A DNA stretch of 64,000 nucleotides, taken from positions 3,811 through 67,810 of the forward strand of contig JAIRUE010000112.1 of assembly GCA_031254575.1 (NCBI GenBank). The letters run 5' to 3'. Position 1 is the first letter of the stretch; every line of letters begins with the position of its first letter. The notes beneath the pieces are model-generated. The model was not told the DNA's origin. It did no database searches and saw only the letters and a program-made list of their open reading frames with translations. Source of the DNA: Oscillospiraceae bacterium (GTDB lineage Bacteria; Bacillota; Clostridia; Oscillospirales; UBA929). A program made the position numbers and the translations under genes. Below are positions 37,367 to 46,911 of this stretch, one piece after another.

Positions 37367-37795
37367 TTTCTTGGCGGGGGCTGCGGTTTTAGGCGTCTTC
37401 GCGCCGTATTTGGAGCGGGCCTGGCGGCGGTTGGCGACGCCCTGGGTGTCCATGGTGCCGCGGATGATGTGATAGCGCACGCCGCCGACGTCTTTGACGC
37501 GTCCGCCCCGGATCATCACGACGCTGTGCTCCTGCAAATTGTGCCCGACGCCGGGGATGTACGCGCTGACTTCATAGCCGTTGGACAGGCGTACGCGGGC
37601 GACCTTGCGCAGCGCGGAATTGGGCTTACGGGGCGTCTCAGTGCGCACGTTGGTGCAGACGCCGCGCTTCTGCGGGCTGGGATCGTCGGTCAGGCGTTTT
37701 CTGAGGGTGTTGATGCCCTTTTGCAGCGCGGGAGCCTTGGATTTATGGGTGGCTTTCTTGCGTCCCTTGCGGACAAGCTGGCTTACGGTTGGCAT
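37364..37795 (-). CDS. rpsL: 30S ribosomal protein S12
   Basis: [24 protein letters not shown]...[19 protein letters not shown]-like core. The track ORF (to 38233) fuses it to upstream non-coding sequence and the tRNA. Confidence 0.95.
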   Translation of the reverse strand: MPTVSQLVRKGRKKATHKSKAPALQKGINTLRKRLTDDPSPQKRGVCTNVRTETPRKPNSALRKVARVRLSNGYEVSAYIPGVGHNLQEHSVVMIRGGRVKDVGGVRYHIIRGTMDTQGVANRRQARSKYGAKTPKTAAPAKK

Positions 37796-37820
37796 GAGGT
37801 TCCTCCTTTCTTCAGGGCTT

Positions 37821-37909
37821 TGGCGGAGGGAGTGGGAGTCGAACCCACGGTCCCTTGCGGGAACACCGGTTTTCAAGACCGGCTCCTTAGACCACTCGGA
37901 CATCCCTCC
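37821..37909 (-). tRNA. tRNA-Ser (anticodon UGA), CCA encoded
   Basis: Hand-folded. The acceptor stem is GGAGGGA/TCCCTCC and the D arm is TCC-GAGTGGTCTAA-GGA. The anticodon stem CCGGT/ACCGG carries the loop CTTGAAA. There is a long variable arm (TCCC-GCAA-GGGA), a T arm GTGGG-TTCGACT-CCCAC, discriminator G and CCA. Confidence 0.9.
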
Positions 37910-37929
37910 GTGAGGGACAGGCGGCTCAG

Positions 37930-38172
37930 TCACTGCGGGATAAGGTTGAGGGCGATGGTGAGGACGATGAAGAGAACGGCGACCCATTTGGTCATGCGGG
38001 CCAGCCGCGCGTCCCATGTCCGCGCCTTGTTCTTTGTGAGGAAAGCGTCGGCGGCGCCGGAAATCGCGCCCGACAGCCCCGAGCGCTTGCCCGACTGGAA
38101 CAGCACCACGACGATCAGGAAGACCGACGTGACGATTTGAATAACGGTCAAAATCAGCGGCAGGGTTTCCAT
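37930..38172 (-). CDS. secG: Preprotein translocase subunit SecG
   Basis: 80 aa with two TM segments and the motif [21 protein letters not shown]. Confidence 0.8.
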   Translation of the reverse strand: METLPLILTVIQIVTSVFLIVVVLFQSGKRSGLSGAISGAADAFLTKNKARTWDARLARMTKWVAVLFIVLTIALNLIPQ

Positions 38173-38233
38173 AGGCGTTCAACTCCTTGTCATGCGGGGG
38201 TTTTAGCGCTTTTAAGCACAGAAACGCCCACAT

Positions 38234-38262
38234 AGCATATCAGATTATTATCCGCCTGTCAA
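38234..38262 (-). promoter_or_regulatory. Sigma-A-type promoter of secG-tRNA-Ser-rpsL...
   Basis: On the minus strand: TTGACA, a 17-nt spacer, then TATGCT. Confidence 0.6.
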
Positions 38263-38301
38263 CATTTATATTCATAATTTCCCGCCCCATCAAAATTTTG
38301 C

Positions 38302-38330
38302 TTGCAATCGGCCTAAACCCGTGGTATAAT
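38302..38330 (+). promoter_or_regulatory. Sigma-A-type promoter of rpsB-tsf
   Basis: TTGCAA, a 17-nt spacer, then TATAAT. A ~105-nt GC-rich leader follows, with hairpins CGCGCCTTACGGGCGCG and GTCCCGCACAGGGCGGGAC. Confidence 0.65.
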
Positions 38331-38441
38331 GCCAAACGCGCCTTACGGGCGCGAAATACACACGCGCGCGCATAAAAACAGTGTCCCGCACAGGGCGGGA
38401 CGCGGCTCCCCGCGCGCGGAGGATTAAAGGAGGAGCAGGCT

Positions 38442-39194
38442 ATGGCAGTCGTATCCATGAAGCAATTGCTTGAGGCGGGCGTGCATTTCGGCCATCAGAC
38501 CCGCCGCTGGAACCCCAAAATGGCGCAGTTTATCTTCACCGAGCGCAACGGCATCTACATCATCGACCTGCAAAAGACCGTCCGCAAACTGGAGGAAGCG
38601 TATAACTTTGTCCGCGACATGGCCTCGGAGGGGCAGACCCTTTTGTTTGTCGGGACCAAGAAACAGGCGCAGGAGGCCATCCGCGAGGAAGCGGAACGCG
38701 TGGGGATGTTTTTCGTCAACGCGCGCTGGCTGGGCGGTATGCTGACCAACTTCAAAACCATGCGCCGCCGCGTGGACCGCTTGAACCAACTCCGCAAAAT
38801 GGAGGCGGACGGCACCTTTGACATGCTGCCCAAGAAGGAAGTCATCAAGCTGCGCGGCGAGATCAACAAACTTGAAAAATACCTCGGCGGCGTCAAGGAA
38901 ATGCACCGGCTGCCCGGCGCGCTGTTCATCGTGGACCCGCGCAAGGAGCGCAACGCCATTGCCGAGGCGCGCAAACTGGGCGTGCCGATCGTGGCGATCG
39001 TGGACACCAACTGCGATCCCGACGAAATAGATTACCCCATTCCCGGAAATGACGACGCCATCCGCGCCATCAAGCTCATTTCGCAGACAATGGCCAACGC
39101 CGTCCTTGAGGGACGGCAGGGCAGGCTGGGCGCGGCGGCGGAAGGCGAAGAGGGCGAAGACGGGAAAGACGGGGACGAAGGAGACGAGGAATAA
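38442..39194 (+). CDS. rpsB: 30S ribosomal protein S2
   Basis: [27 protein letters not shown].... The C-terminal tail is acidic. Confidence 0.97.
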   Translation: MAVVSMKQLLEAGVHFGHQTRRWNPKMAQFIFTERNGIYIIDLQKTVRKLEEAYNFVRDMASEGQTLLFVGTKKQAQEAIREEAERVGMFFVNARWLGGMLTNFKTMRRRVDRLNQLRKMEADGTFDMLPKKEVIKLRGEINKLEKYLGGVKEMHRLPGALFIVDPRKERNAIAEARKLGVPIVAIVDTNCDPDEIDYPIPGNDDAIRAIKLISQTMANAVLEGRQGRLGAAAEGEEGEDGKDGDEGDEE

Positions 39195-40120
39195 TGGCAT
39201 TTACCGCCAAAGACGTGCAGACGCTGCGCGAAATGACCGGCGTCGGCATGATGGACTGCAAAAAGGCCCTGGCCGAGACGGACGGCGATATGGACAAGGC
39301 TGTGGAGGTGCTGCGCGAGAAAGGGATGGCCGCCGCCGCGAAAAAGGCCTCCCGCATTGCCGCCGAGGGCGTGTGCTATGCCGCGGTCTGTGAGGAATGC
39401 GGCGCGGGCGCTATTGTGGAGTGCAACAGCGAGACGGACTTTGTGGCTAAAAACGAGCAGTTCGCCGCGTTTGTCAGGACGGTTGCCGATACCGTCCTCA
39501 AAAAAGACCCCGCCGATCTTGAGGCGCTGCAAAACTGTGACGCGGGCGATGGGCAGACCATAGGCGAGGCGCTGTCCGGCCTGGTGCTCAAGATAGGCGA
39601 GAACATGCGCGTCCGCCGCTTCGCGCGCTTCGCGGAGCCGGTCAACGCGGCGTACGTCCACATGGGCGGCAAGATCGCGGTCCTTGTGCATATGGACGTG
39701 GCCGAATCCCTCAGGGGGAATCCCGCCGTCACCGAACTGGGACGCGACGTGGCGATGCAGATCGCGGCGATGCGCCCGCTGTGGGTGGACGAAAACGACG
39801 CCGACGCCGATACGGTTGCCAAAGAGCGCGAGATCCTTACGGCGCAGGTGAAGCAGGACGAGAGCAACGCCAAAAAACCTGAAGCCGTCGTGGAAAAGAT
39901 CGTCGAGGGCCGCGTCCGCAAATACCTCGCGGACGTCTGCCTGCTGATGCAGTCCTATGTCAAGGGGGATAAGATCACCGTCGGGCAGCATGTGGCGCAG
40001 GTGGCGAAGGAACTGGGCGGCGGGATAAAGGTGACGCGGTTCGAGCGGTTTGAAAAGGGCGAGGGACTGGAGAAGCGCGTGGACGACCTGGCCGCCGAAG
40101 TGGCGAAGATGGTGCAATAA
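39194..40120 (+). CDS. tsf: Elongation factor Ts
   Basis: [44 protein letters not shown]. It has a TAATG overlap with rpsB. Confidence 0.95.
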   Translation: MAFTAKDVQTLREMTGVGMMDCKKALAETDGDMDKAVEVLREKGMAAAAKKASRIAAEGVCYAAVCEECGAGAIVECNSETDFVAKNEQFAAFVRTVADTVLKKDPADLEALQNCDAGDGQTIGEALSGLVLKIGENMRVRRFARFAEPVNAAYVHMGGKIAVLVHMDVAESLRGNPAVTELGRDVAMQIAAMRPLWVDENDADADTVAKEREILTAQVKQDESNAKKPEAVVEKIVEGRVRKYLADVCLLMQSYVKGDKITVGQHVAQVAKELGGGIKVTRFERFEKGEGLEKRVDDLAAEVAKMVQ

Positions 40121-40130
40121 ACGAATCGCA

Positions 40131-40167
40131 AAGCCTCCGCCCCAAACCGGGCGGGGGCTTGCTTTGT
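40131..40167 (+). terminator. Probable terminator after tsf
   Basis: The stem AAGCCTCCGCCC/GGGCGGGGGCTT is followed by a weak U-tract (GCTTTG). Confidence 0.5.
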
Positions 40168-40239
40168 ACGGCAGAGGTAAACATCCGTCAAAGCGCGACA
40201 AGGCGATATTTACGCGGCGCGGGACGCGTAGAAACTCGT

Positions 40240-41952
40240 TTACCCGTCCGCCGTTTTCATCATTTTATCCGCGATCCGGGCGGCGCAGCAAAACACGGCG
40301 TACCCGCCGCCCAGGCAGGCAGGCGCCAGGATGGCCGCGGCTGCCCAGACCGGGAGCAGCTTTTGCAGCGCGTAAGCCGCGAAACCAATGACAACGGCGA
40401 TCCCTATGTCAAGCAGCAGGCCTAAAATGCTGTTGAAATTCTGTTTCATGGCCTCGGCCTCGCTGTTCCATTTGCGTTTAGGTTTCAACGCGTCGGGGAT
40501 GATCGCCGCCGCGAGCAGCGGAAAAGCGGCGCAGGAGCCTGCCACCAGCCCGAACACGGCCTGGGCGGGGGTGAATCCCGCAAGGATGGAGAGTACGGCG
40601 AGCGACAGCACGGCCCCGCCGAGCGACAGCGTAAAGCCGGCAAGCAGCCGCGCCGCGACCTGCGTCCGCGCCGGCACCGGAACCGTCTGCGAGAGCCACA
40701 GCATCCTCCCCTCGCGGGAAAAGCTGGTCGAGACCCCTGTTGAGCCCATCACGCCCGTCAGCATCACCACACCGGCGGCCAGCAGATAAAACATGTCGCC
40801 GGACGAGCCGCCGAGAAGGCTATTGAGCAGGTCCTTCAGTTCCCCGGCCCCGGCCGACAGGCCGCCGGTGCCGATCAGGCCGACGGCGAGCATCAGCGGC
40901 AGGATGACGATACCGGTCAGAATATTGAGCGCGTATACCGGCGTGCGGAATATGGTGCGCATTTCCTTGGAATAGAATGCTCCCAGCGCGCCGCCGGCCT
41001 TGACGCCTCCCTGTTTGTATCCTTTTTTTTTGGAGCGGGGGGCTTCCAATTGCGCCAATACGCCCTTATAATAGAGGCGGCGGCTCAGCGGAAGGCAGAC
41101 CGCGGCCCCGGCGGCCGCGGCTGCGGCCAGGCCGAAGTATCCCAGAGCCGTTTCGGCGGCGGCTCCGATCAGAGCCTGCGCGCCCCACATCGCCGGCGGG
41201 AAGGCGCGCGTCACGGCCTTTAGCATCGCGCCGGTGTCGGTGAGCATCTCCGTCACCTTGTCCGCGTCGCCCAGCGCCGTGGCGAGCCGCCCCGATAACA
41301 GGCCCTGTCCCAGTGTCATCCCCAGCACCAGCACCATGCCGAAAACCAGCATCAGCGCGTCGCGGTGTCTGGACAGCGCCGTGAGGCGGGTCAGCAGCAT
41401 CGAGAGCAGGGCGGCGAGCGCCATCGGCACGGCGGGCAGCAGCAGCCACACCGGCAGCGCGCGTAAGATCAGCAGCAGAAAAGACGGGGCGGGCAGCTCG
41501 CTCACAACGCCGTATATCACCACGGCGGGCCACAGGAAAACTGCCGTCGTCGCGGCCTCGATGCCGTACGTCATCGTGAATTTTACCGCGAACACCGTCT
41601 GCTCCCGCAGCGGCAGCGCCGCGTATGTTTCGGCGTCCCTCGCGCCGAAGACGAGAGAAAACAGCGACATCGTCCCGAAAAACATCACAATAATCATGCA
41701 GAGCAGGATGACAATGCCCATCACCGGGACCTGCAGCCCCATCTCCGCCGCGCCGCGCAGGAAGGGGAAGAGGATAAGCCCGTAAAAGAGCAGGACGGCC
41801 CCCACGGCGTACAGCAGCAAAAAGCCGAATCCGAGGAGCTTGGCCGTTTCCCTGCCGGAACGCTTCCGCCCTTTCGCGCCGAGCGCCGACAGGGAAAACT
41901 GCATTCGTATATGCAGGAACAGCACACGCCGGTATTCTTGCCACGCGTTCAT
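40240..41952 (-). CDS. Large polytopic membrane protein, putative ABC exporter permease
   Basis: 570 aa with at least 10 predicted TM stretches. It lies 52 nt downstream of an ABC ATPase gene. I see no FtsX or ABC-2 signature. Confidence 0.6.
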   Translation of the reverse strand: MNAWQEYRRVLFLHIRMQFSLSALGAKGRKRSGRETAKLLGFGFLLLYAVGAVLLFYGLILFPFLRGAAEMGLQVPVMGIVILLCMIIVMFFGTMSLFSLVFGARDAETYAALPLREQTVFAVKFTMTYGIEAATTAVFLWPAVVIYGVVSELPAPSFLLLILRALPVWLLLPAVPMALAALLSMLLTRLTALSRHRDALMLVFGMVLVLGMTLGQGLLSGRLATALGDADKVTEMLTDTGAMLKAVTRAFPPAMWGAQALIGAAAETALGYFGLAAAAAAGAAVCLPLSRRLYYKGVLAQLEAPRSKKKGYKQGGVKAGGALGAFYSKEMRTIFRTPVYALNILTGIVILPLMLAVGLIGTGGLSAGAGELKDLLNSLLGGSSGDMFYLLAAGVVMLTGVMGSTGVSTSFSREGRMLWLSQTVPVPARTQVAARLLAGFTLSLGGAVLSLAVLSILAGFTPAQAVFGLVAGSCAAFPLLAAAIIPDALKPKRKWNSEAEAMKQNFNSILGLLLDIGIAVVIGFAAYALQKLLPVWAAAAILAPACLGGGYAVFCCAARIADKMMKTADG

Positions 41953-42004
41953 TCTGTCATCCCTCTCCGTAAGGGCGGCGCCCGCCCGTTTGTCGGTACC
42001 GCCC

Positions 42005-42730
42005 CTAGGCGGTTTCGGTCAGCTCAAAGAAGATCGACTCCAGCGTCGCGTCCTTCTCGCCGGTGCGCAGCGCGTCCATCGTGCCGAGGGCCGCGAGTTT
42101 TCCCTTGTAGATGATGCCGATCCGGTCACACAGCCGCTCGGCCACCTCCAGGATGTGCGTCGAGAAGAAGACGGTGTTGCCCTCCCGGCAGTGGGCGCGC
42201 ATTTCCTCCTTGAGCGCCAGCGCGCTCTTGGGGTCGAGGCCGGTCATCGGCTCGTCCAGCAGCCACAGCGGCGGCTTGTGGAGCAGCGCGCCGGTCAGCG
42301 CCAGCTTCTGCTTCATGCCGTGGCTGTAGGAGCGGACAAGCTCACCCGCCGCGTCGGTTATCTCAAACATGGCGAGGTATTTTTCGATCCGCTCCCGCCG
42401 CTCTTTCTCCGGCACGCCGTAGACGTCGCCGATGAAATTGAGATATTCGATGCCCTTGAGCCTGTCGAAGACGTCGTGGCTGTCCGGCACGTACCCGATC
42501 AGCTTCTTGGCCCTGACCGGCTCCGCGAGCATGTCGGCTCCGCCGACGGACACGCCGCCCGCGTCCGGGGCCAGGATGCCGGCAATCATCTTGATGGTGG
42601 TGGTCTTGCCCGCACCGTTGGGCCCGATGAACCCGAAGATCTCGCCGCGCTCCGTCTTCAGGCTGAGGTCGTCCACCGCTTTTACGCGCCCGCGCGCGTA
42701 GCTTTTGGTGAGGTTTTTCAGTTCGATCAC
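42005..42730 (-). CDS. ABC transporter ATP-binding protein
   Basis: GPNGAGKTTT, SHGMKQKLAL and LLDEPMTGLD are present. GTG start after GGAAAGGGGA. Confidence 0.9.
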   Translation of the reverse strand: MIELKNLTKSYARGRVKAVDDLSLKTERGEIFGFIGPNGAGKTTTIKMIAGILAPDAGGVSVGGADMLAEPVRAKKLIGYVPDSHDVFDRLKGIEYLNFIGDVYGVPEKERRERIEKYLAMFEITDAAGELVRSYSHGMKQKLALTGALLHKPPLWLLDEPMTGLDPKSALALKEEMRAHCREGNTVFFSTHILEVAERLCDRIGIIYKGKLAALGTMDALRTGEKDATLESIFFELTETA

Positions 42731-42976
42731 AGTTCGCCGTCCCCTTTCCGTACCGTGTCACGCCGCGAAAAAACGCCAAACGGACACATATTCCGCGCTC
42801 TCCCGTGACTTGTGAATTATATTTACAGATGTGAATTCCAGTTACGATTATACCATATCCCACTGTCCGGCGCAAGGGGGATTTTTCCTTTCCTTATAAA
42901 TGCTCCCTTATTCCGCCAAACGCCGTTCCGGATGCGTAAACCGGAAAGAACAGCCCAATCCCGCAAGTTATGCACA

Positions 42977-42997
42977 TTATCCACAGGGTTATACACA
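42977..42997 (+). promoter_or_regulatory. Two head-to-tail DnaA-box-like 9-mers
   Basis: TTATCCACA (exact consensus), then ggg, then TTATACACA (1 mismatch). They lie in a 386-bp AT-rich divergent intergenic region. Confidence 0.3.
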
Positions 42998-43116
42998 ACC
43001 TTTATGTCAACCGCGCCAACATTTTACAAAAATTTCATCATTTCGACACCCCTTTCAGACTATAATCAAAAGGTGCGGAAAACACGAAAAATTAAAACCC
43101 GCGGCGGACGACAGGA

Positions 43117-43809
43117 GTGGCGGCCATGACACAAAAAACAGCGCTTATCATCGAGGACGACCGGAATATCGCGGAACTGCTCCGCCTCTATATGGAAAAG
43201 GATGGCTTTTCCGTCCTTACCGCCGGTGACGGGCGCGCCGGCCTGAAACTGTTCGCGGACACGTCGCCGGCTATCGTGCTGCTTGACCTCATGCTGCCCC
43301 TGACGGACGGCTGGGAGGTGTGCAGGGAGATCCGCGCGCAGGGCAGGACCCCGGTCATCATGATCACCGCCAAAACCGAGACCTTTGACAAGGTGCAGGG
43401 GCTGGAGATGGGCGCCGACGATTATATCGGCAAACCCTTTGACATGAAGGAGGTCATGGCGCGCGTCCACGCGGTGCTGCGGCGGGCGGGCGGAGGCGAC
43501 AAACCCCGGCGGCTGGCGTTTGATAACCTTGTTATCGACATGGACTCGTTTACCCTTACCGTCGGCGGCAAGGCTGTCGATACCCCGCCCAAGGAGCTGG
43601 AACTGCTCTATCATCTCGCGTCCTTGCCCAACCGCGTCTTTACGCGCAACCAGCTGCTGGACGAGGTGTGGGGGTTTGATTACTTCGGCGACAGCCGCAC
43701 GGTGGACGTCCATGTCAAGCGCCTGCGCGAAAAGCTGGAGGGCATCTCGGAGCTGTGGTCGCTCAAGACGGTTTGGGGCGTGGGATATAAATTCGAGTCC
43801 CATGCGTAA
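43117..43809 (+). CDS. OmpR/PhoB-family response regulator
   Basis: The receiver reads LIIEDDRNIAELL...VLLDLMLPLTDG...ITAKT. The winged helix reads LTVGGKAVDTPPKELELLYHLA...RTVDVHVKRLREKL...TVWGVGYKF. Confidence 0.9.
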   Translation: MAAMTQKTALIIEDDRNIAELLRLYMEKDGFSVLTAGDGRAGLKLFADTSPAIVLLDLMLPLTDGWEVCREIRAQGRTPVIMITAKTETFDKVQGLEMGADDYIGKPFDMKEVMARVHAVLRRAGGGDKPRRLAFDNLVIDMDSFTLTVGGKAVDTPPKELELLYHLASLPNRVFTRNQLLDEVWGFDYFGDSRTVDVHVKRLREKLEGISELWSLKTVWGVGYKFESHA

Positions 43810-45268
43810 GACGATCTTTTACCGCTACTTCATACGCTCCGTTATCCTGCTCTCGGTCAGTATGCTGGCGCTCTCGGCGTCGTTCGTGGTGGGGGCGTCC
43901 CGTATCCTGGGCGCGCAGCAGCGGGTCAAGATGCGCGCGGCGGCGCAGCAGGTGCGGGAATATGTGGTGCCCCGTATCACTTTAGAGGGCATAGGGCTTG
44001 CCGTTCAGCGGGAGCTCCTCGGCGTCCTGCCGCTGATGGCCGGTATCGGTGAGATGAACATCCTCATCTGCGGCCCGGACGGCGCGGTCGTCCTCAATTC
44101 CGCCGCTTCCCTGACGGGAACGGCGGAGCAGCGGCTGCCGGAAAAGGCCCTGGAACTGCTGAAGACCGGCGGGGACGCCGCCCTGCCCCCGCGTATAATG
44201 GGGGAGCTTGTCCCCGACGCGGCGATGACCATAGCGGCCCCGCTCATCGTCAATGTCATACAGCCGGGCGTCGGCGCCGCCGAAATGGTAATGGGGTATA
44301 TTCTGGTCAGCACCTATCAGTCCGGCACCCGGATGCTGATGAACGAATTTCTGCGCAACTGGAGCCTGATGAGCGTGATTGTGGTGCTGCTGAGCGGCGT
44401 CACGGCGTATTTTTCCGCCCGGAGGCAGACGCGGCCGCTGCGGCAGATGGCGGCCTGCGCCCACAGTTTTGAGCGGGGCGACTTCTCCGCGCGGGCGGAC
44501 GTGGAGGAGTTTCAGGACGGCGAGATACACGACCTCGCGCAGGCTTTCAACGGCATGGCGGAGACGCTGCAGCGCGGCGAGGAGCTGCGGCGCGGCTTCA
44601 TCGCCAACGTGTCGCACGAGCTCAAGACGCCGATGACCACCATATCGGGCTTCATCGGCGGCATTTTGGACGGCACGGTGCCGGAGGGAAAGCGGGGGGA
44701 GACGCTGCAGATCGTGCGGGACGAGGTCATGCGCCTTTCCCGCCTGGTGGAGAGCACCGCCAGCCTCTCCCGCCTCCAGACGGGGCAGCTGGAACTGCAT
44801 CCGCGCCCGTTCGACATTGCCGAGCTGTCGCTGCGCATCCTGCTGGGTTTTGAGGGGCGGATCGAGGAAAAAGAGCTGGAGGTCAGGCTCGACGTGCCGG
44901 AACAGGAGACGCTCTATGTCCGCGCCGACCCCGATTCGATCACGCAGGTGCTGACCAACCTGCTCGACAACGCCGTCAAATTCTCCGTCCGGGGCGGCGA
45001 ACTGGGATTGGCCGTCCGCCCCCTCGCGGGCAAGGCGCGGGTGTCGGTCTCGAATCACGGCCCCACCATCCCGCCCGGGGACCTGCCGTATGTCTTCGAC
45101 CGCTTCTACAAAGCCGACCGCTCCCGCAGCGCCGACCGCACCGGGCTGGGGCTGGGCCTGTTTCTGGTGCGCAGCATCCTCAGCGCCCACGACGAGGGCA
45201 TAAGCGTCACAAGCGCGGATGGGCGTACGGAATTTACCTTTACACTGACGGAGTGCCGGGAACCGTGA
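43802..45268 (+). CDS. Sensor histidine kinase (HAMP-HisKA-HATPase)
   Basis: ATG 43802 overlaps the response-regulator stop by 8 nt. The H-box is FIANVSHELKTPMTTI, the N-box is LTNLLDNAVKF, and GLGLGLFLVRSI is present. There are two TM segments. Confidence 0.9.
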   Translation: MRKTIFYRYFIRSVILLSVSMLALSASFVVGASRILGAQQRVKMRAAAQQVREYVVPRITLEGIGLAVQRELLGVLPLMAGIGEMNILICGPDGAVVLNSAASLTGTAEQRLPEKALELLKTGGDAALPPRIMGELVPDAAMTIAAPLIVNVIQPGVGAAEMVMGYILVSTYQSGTRMLMNEFLRNWSLMSVIVVLLSGVTAYFSARRQTRPLRQMAACAHSFERGDFSARADVEEFQDGEIHDLAQAFNGMAETLQRGEELRRGFIANVSHELKTPMTTISGFIGGILDGTVPEGKRGETLQIVRDEVMRLSRLVESTASLSRLQTGQLELHPRPFDIAELSLRILLGFEGRIEEKELEVRLDVPEQETLYVRADPDSITQVLTNLLDNAVKFSVRGGELGLAVRPLAGKARVSVSNHGPTIPPGDLPYVFDRFYKADRSRSADRTGLGLGLFLVRSILSAHDEGISVTSADGRTEFTFTLTECREP

Positions 45269-45303
45269 ACGGCGCTGTGGACGGACCGAAAGGATGATGT
45301 GGC

Positions 45304-46872
45304 GTGTATACGTATCAAAATCCCGTTATCAAAGGCTTTAACCCCGATCCCAGCGTCTGCCGCGCGGGGGAGGACTACTATCTCGTCACGTCCTCGTTCG
45401 AGTATTTCCCGGGCGTGCCCGTCTACCACAGCAAAAACCTCGCCGACTGGACGCTGGTCGGCCACTGCCTGACCCGGAGGGAACAGCTTGTCCTCGACGG
45501 CGCCCGCCCCTCCGGCGGCATTTACGCGCCGACCATACGGGTCCACGGCGGGCGGTTTTATATGACAACGACCAACGTCTCCCACCGGGGCAATTTTATC
45601 GTCACCGCGTCCGACCCGCGCGGCCCGTGGAGCGACCCGGTCTGGGTGACGCAGGGCGGCATCGACCCGTCGCTCCTCTTTGACGGCGGCGCGGTGTACT
45701 TCACCTCCACCGACACCATAGGCGGGCGGACCGGTATCTTCCTGTGCGAGCTGGACCCGGAAAGCCTTGAGCGGCGGACGGAGCCTGTTTTCCTGACGGC
45801 GGGCGGCGGGGGACGGTTCGCCGAAGCGCCGCATTTGTATAAAATAGGGAAATATTACTATTTGTTGTTAGCCGAAGGCGGCACCGAGTACGGACACATG
45901 GTCACGATCTTCCGCAGTCTTGCCGTTGCCGGGCCGTATGAGCCGTGCCCGCGCAACCCCATCCTGACCCACAGGGGTATGGACGCGCAGCACAGCCCCG
46001 TCCAGTGTACCGGCCACGCGGAACTGTTCGAGGATCACAACGGCAACTGGTGGATGGCCGCGCTGGGGGTGCGCCAGCTTCCGGGCGTCTTTCTGCACAA
46101 TCTGGGCCGCGAGACTTTCCTCGCCCCCGTTGCGTGGGATGAGGACGGCTGGCCCGCCGTCGCGCCGGAGCGGGCGTCCGGGGCAAACGATGAGCAATCC
46201 GTATCCTCTCACCGGGGCGGCGTGCTGGCTCTCACCATGACCGGCCCCCTGCCCGGCGAACCGGCGGCGCGTTGCGATTGTTCCCCCGGCGAGGCGGATT
46301 GGGTTTCGCCCTCCGGGCCGGATTTCCTCTATATCCGCAACCCCGAACCGTCCCGCTATCTCCGCGATCCGCAGAACAACACGCTGACCTTGCGCGGCAA
46401 CGGCATGGCCCTGCGCGAAACGGAGGGGGCGCCGCCGGTATTCCTGGGCGTGCGGCAGACGGAGTTTGATATGGCCGCGCAGGCCGAGGTCACCGTCACG
46501 GAGGACGGCGGCAAGGGCGGTCTCGTCGCCTATTACGGCCCCGATTACCACTACGCGGTCTATCTGACCCGGTACGGCGGCGTGACCTACCTGCGGACGG
46601 TGCGGCGCGTACATGATCTGGAGGCGCGGTCGGAGCGGGTGCAAATCTACGGCGAAACGGCTACGCTCCGTATTATCGCAGGAAAAGATTTCTATACGTT
46701 ATACTGGCTGGACCCGTCCGGCAATCCGGCGGAGCTGGCGCGGGGAGCCACGGCGGGGCTGTGTACCGAGGGCACGGCGTCGATGACGTTCACCGGGACG
46801 CTGCTGGGGATGTTTTGCGAGCGGGGCGAGGTCGTGTTCAGGGGGTTTGGCGTGGGCGGAACTCCGAAATGA
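45304..46872 (+). CDS. Glycoside hydrolase family 43 (beta-xylosidase/alpha-L-arabinofuranosidase type)
   Basis: YQNPVIKGFNPDPSVCRAGEDYYLVTSSFEYFPGVPVYHSKNLADW...IYAPTIRVHGGRFYM...EAPHLYKIGKYYYLLLAEGGT. GTG start after AAAGGATGA. Confidence 0.85.
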   Translation: MYTYQNPVIKGFNPDPSVCRAGEDYYLVTSSFEYFPGVPVYHSKNLADWTLVGHCLTRREQLVLDGARPSGGIYAPTIRVHGGRFYMTTTNVSHRGNFIVTASDPRGPWSDPVWVTQGGIDPSLLFDGGAVYFTSTDTIGGRTGIFLCELDPESLERRTEPVFLTAGGGGRFAEAPHLYKIGKYYYLLLAEGGTEYGHMVTIFRSLAVAGPYEPCPRNPILTHRGMDAQHSPVQCTGHAELFEDHNGNWWMAALGVRQLPGVFLHNLGRETFLAPVAWDEDGWPAVAPERASGANDEQSVSSHRGGVLALTMTGPLPGEPAARCDCSPGEADWVSPSGPDFLYIRNPEPSRYLRDPQNNTLTLRGNGMALRETEGAPPVFLGVRQTEFDMAAQAEVTVTEDGGKGGLVAYYGPDYHYAVYLTRYGGVTYLRTVRRVHDLEARSERVQIYGETATLRIIAGKDFYTLYWLDPSGNPAELARGATAGLCTEGTASMTFTGTLLGMFCERGEVVFRGFGVGGTPK

Positions 46873-46875
46873 CAG

Positions 46876-46911
46876 GCGAACCGCCCGGCCCTGCGGCCGG
46901 CGGTTCGCTTT
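46876..46911 (+). terminator. Hairpin terminator between convergent GH43 and membrane-protein genes
   Basis: GCGAACCGCC(C)GGCC-CTGC-GGCCGGCGGTTCGC followed by TTT. Confidence 0.55.

Noticed and set aside
38173-38441. Possible replication origin between the divergent secG-rpsL... and rpsB-tsf operons
   Set aside because: There is no DnaA-box cluster, no dnaA/dnaN nearby and no obvious AT-rich unwinding repeats. Two ordinary sigma-A promoters explain the spacer.
42812-43229. 105-aa and 109-aa plus-strand ORFs in the ABC/two-component-system intergenic region
   Set aside because: They have no RBS and odd composition, they overlap the response-regulator start, and the region reads as promoter/operator DNA.
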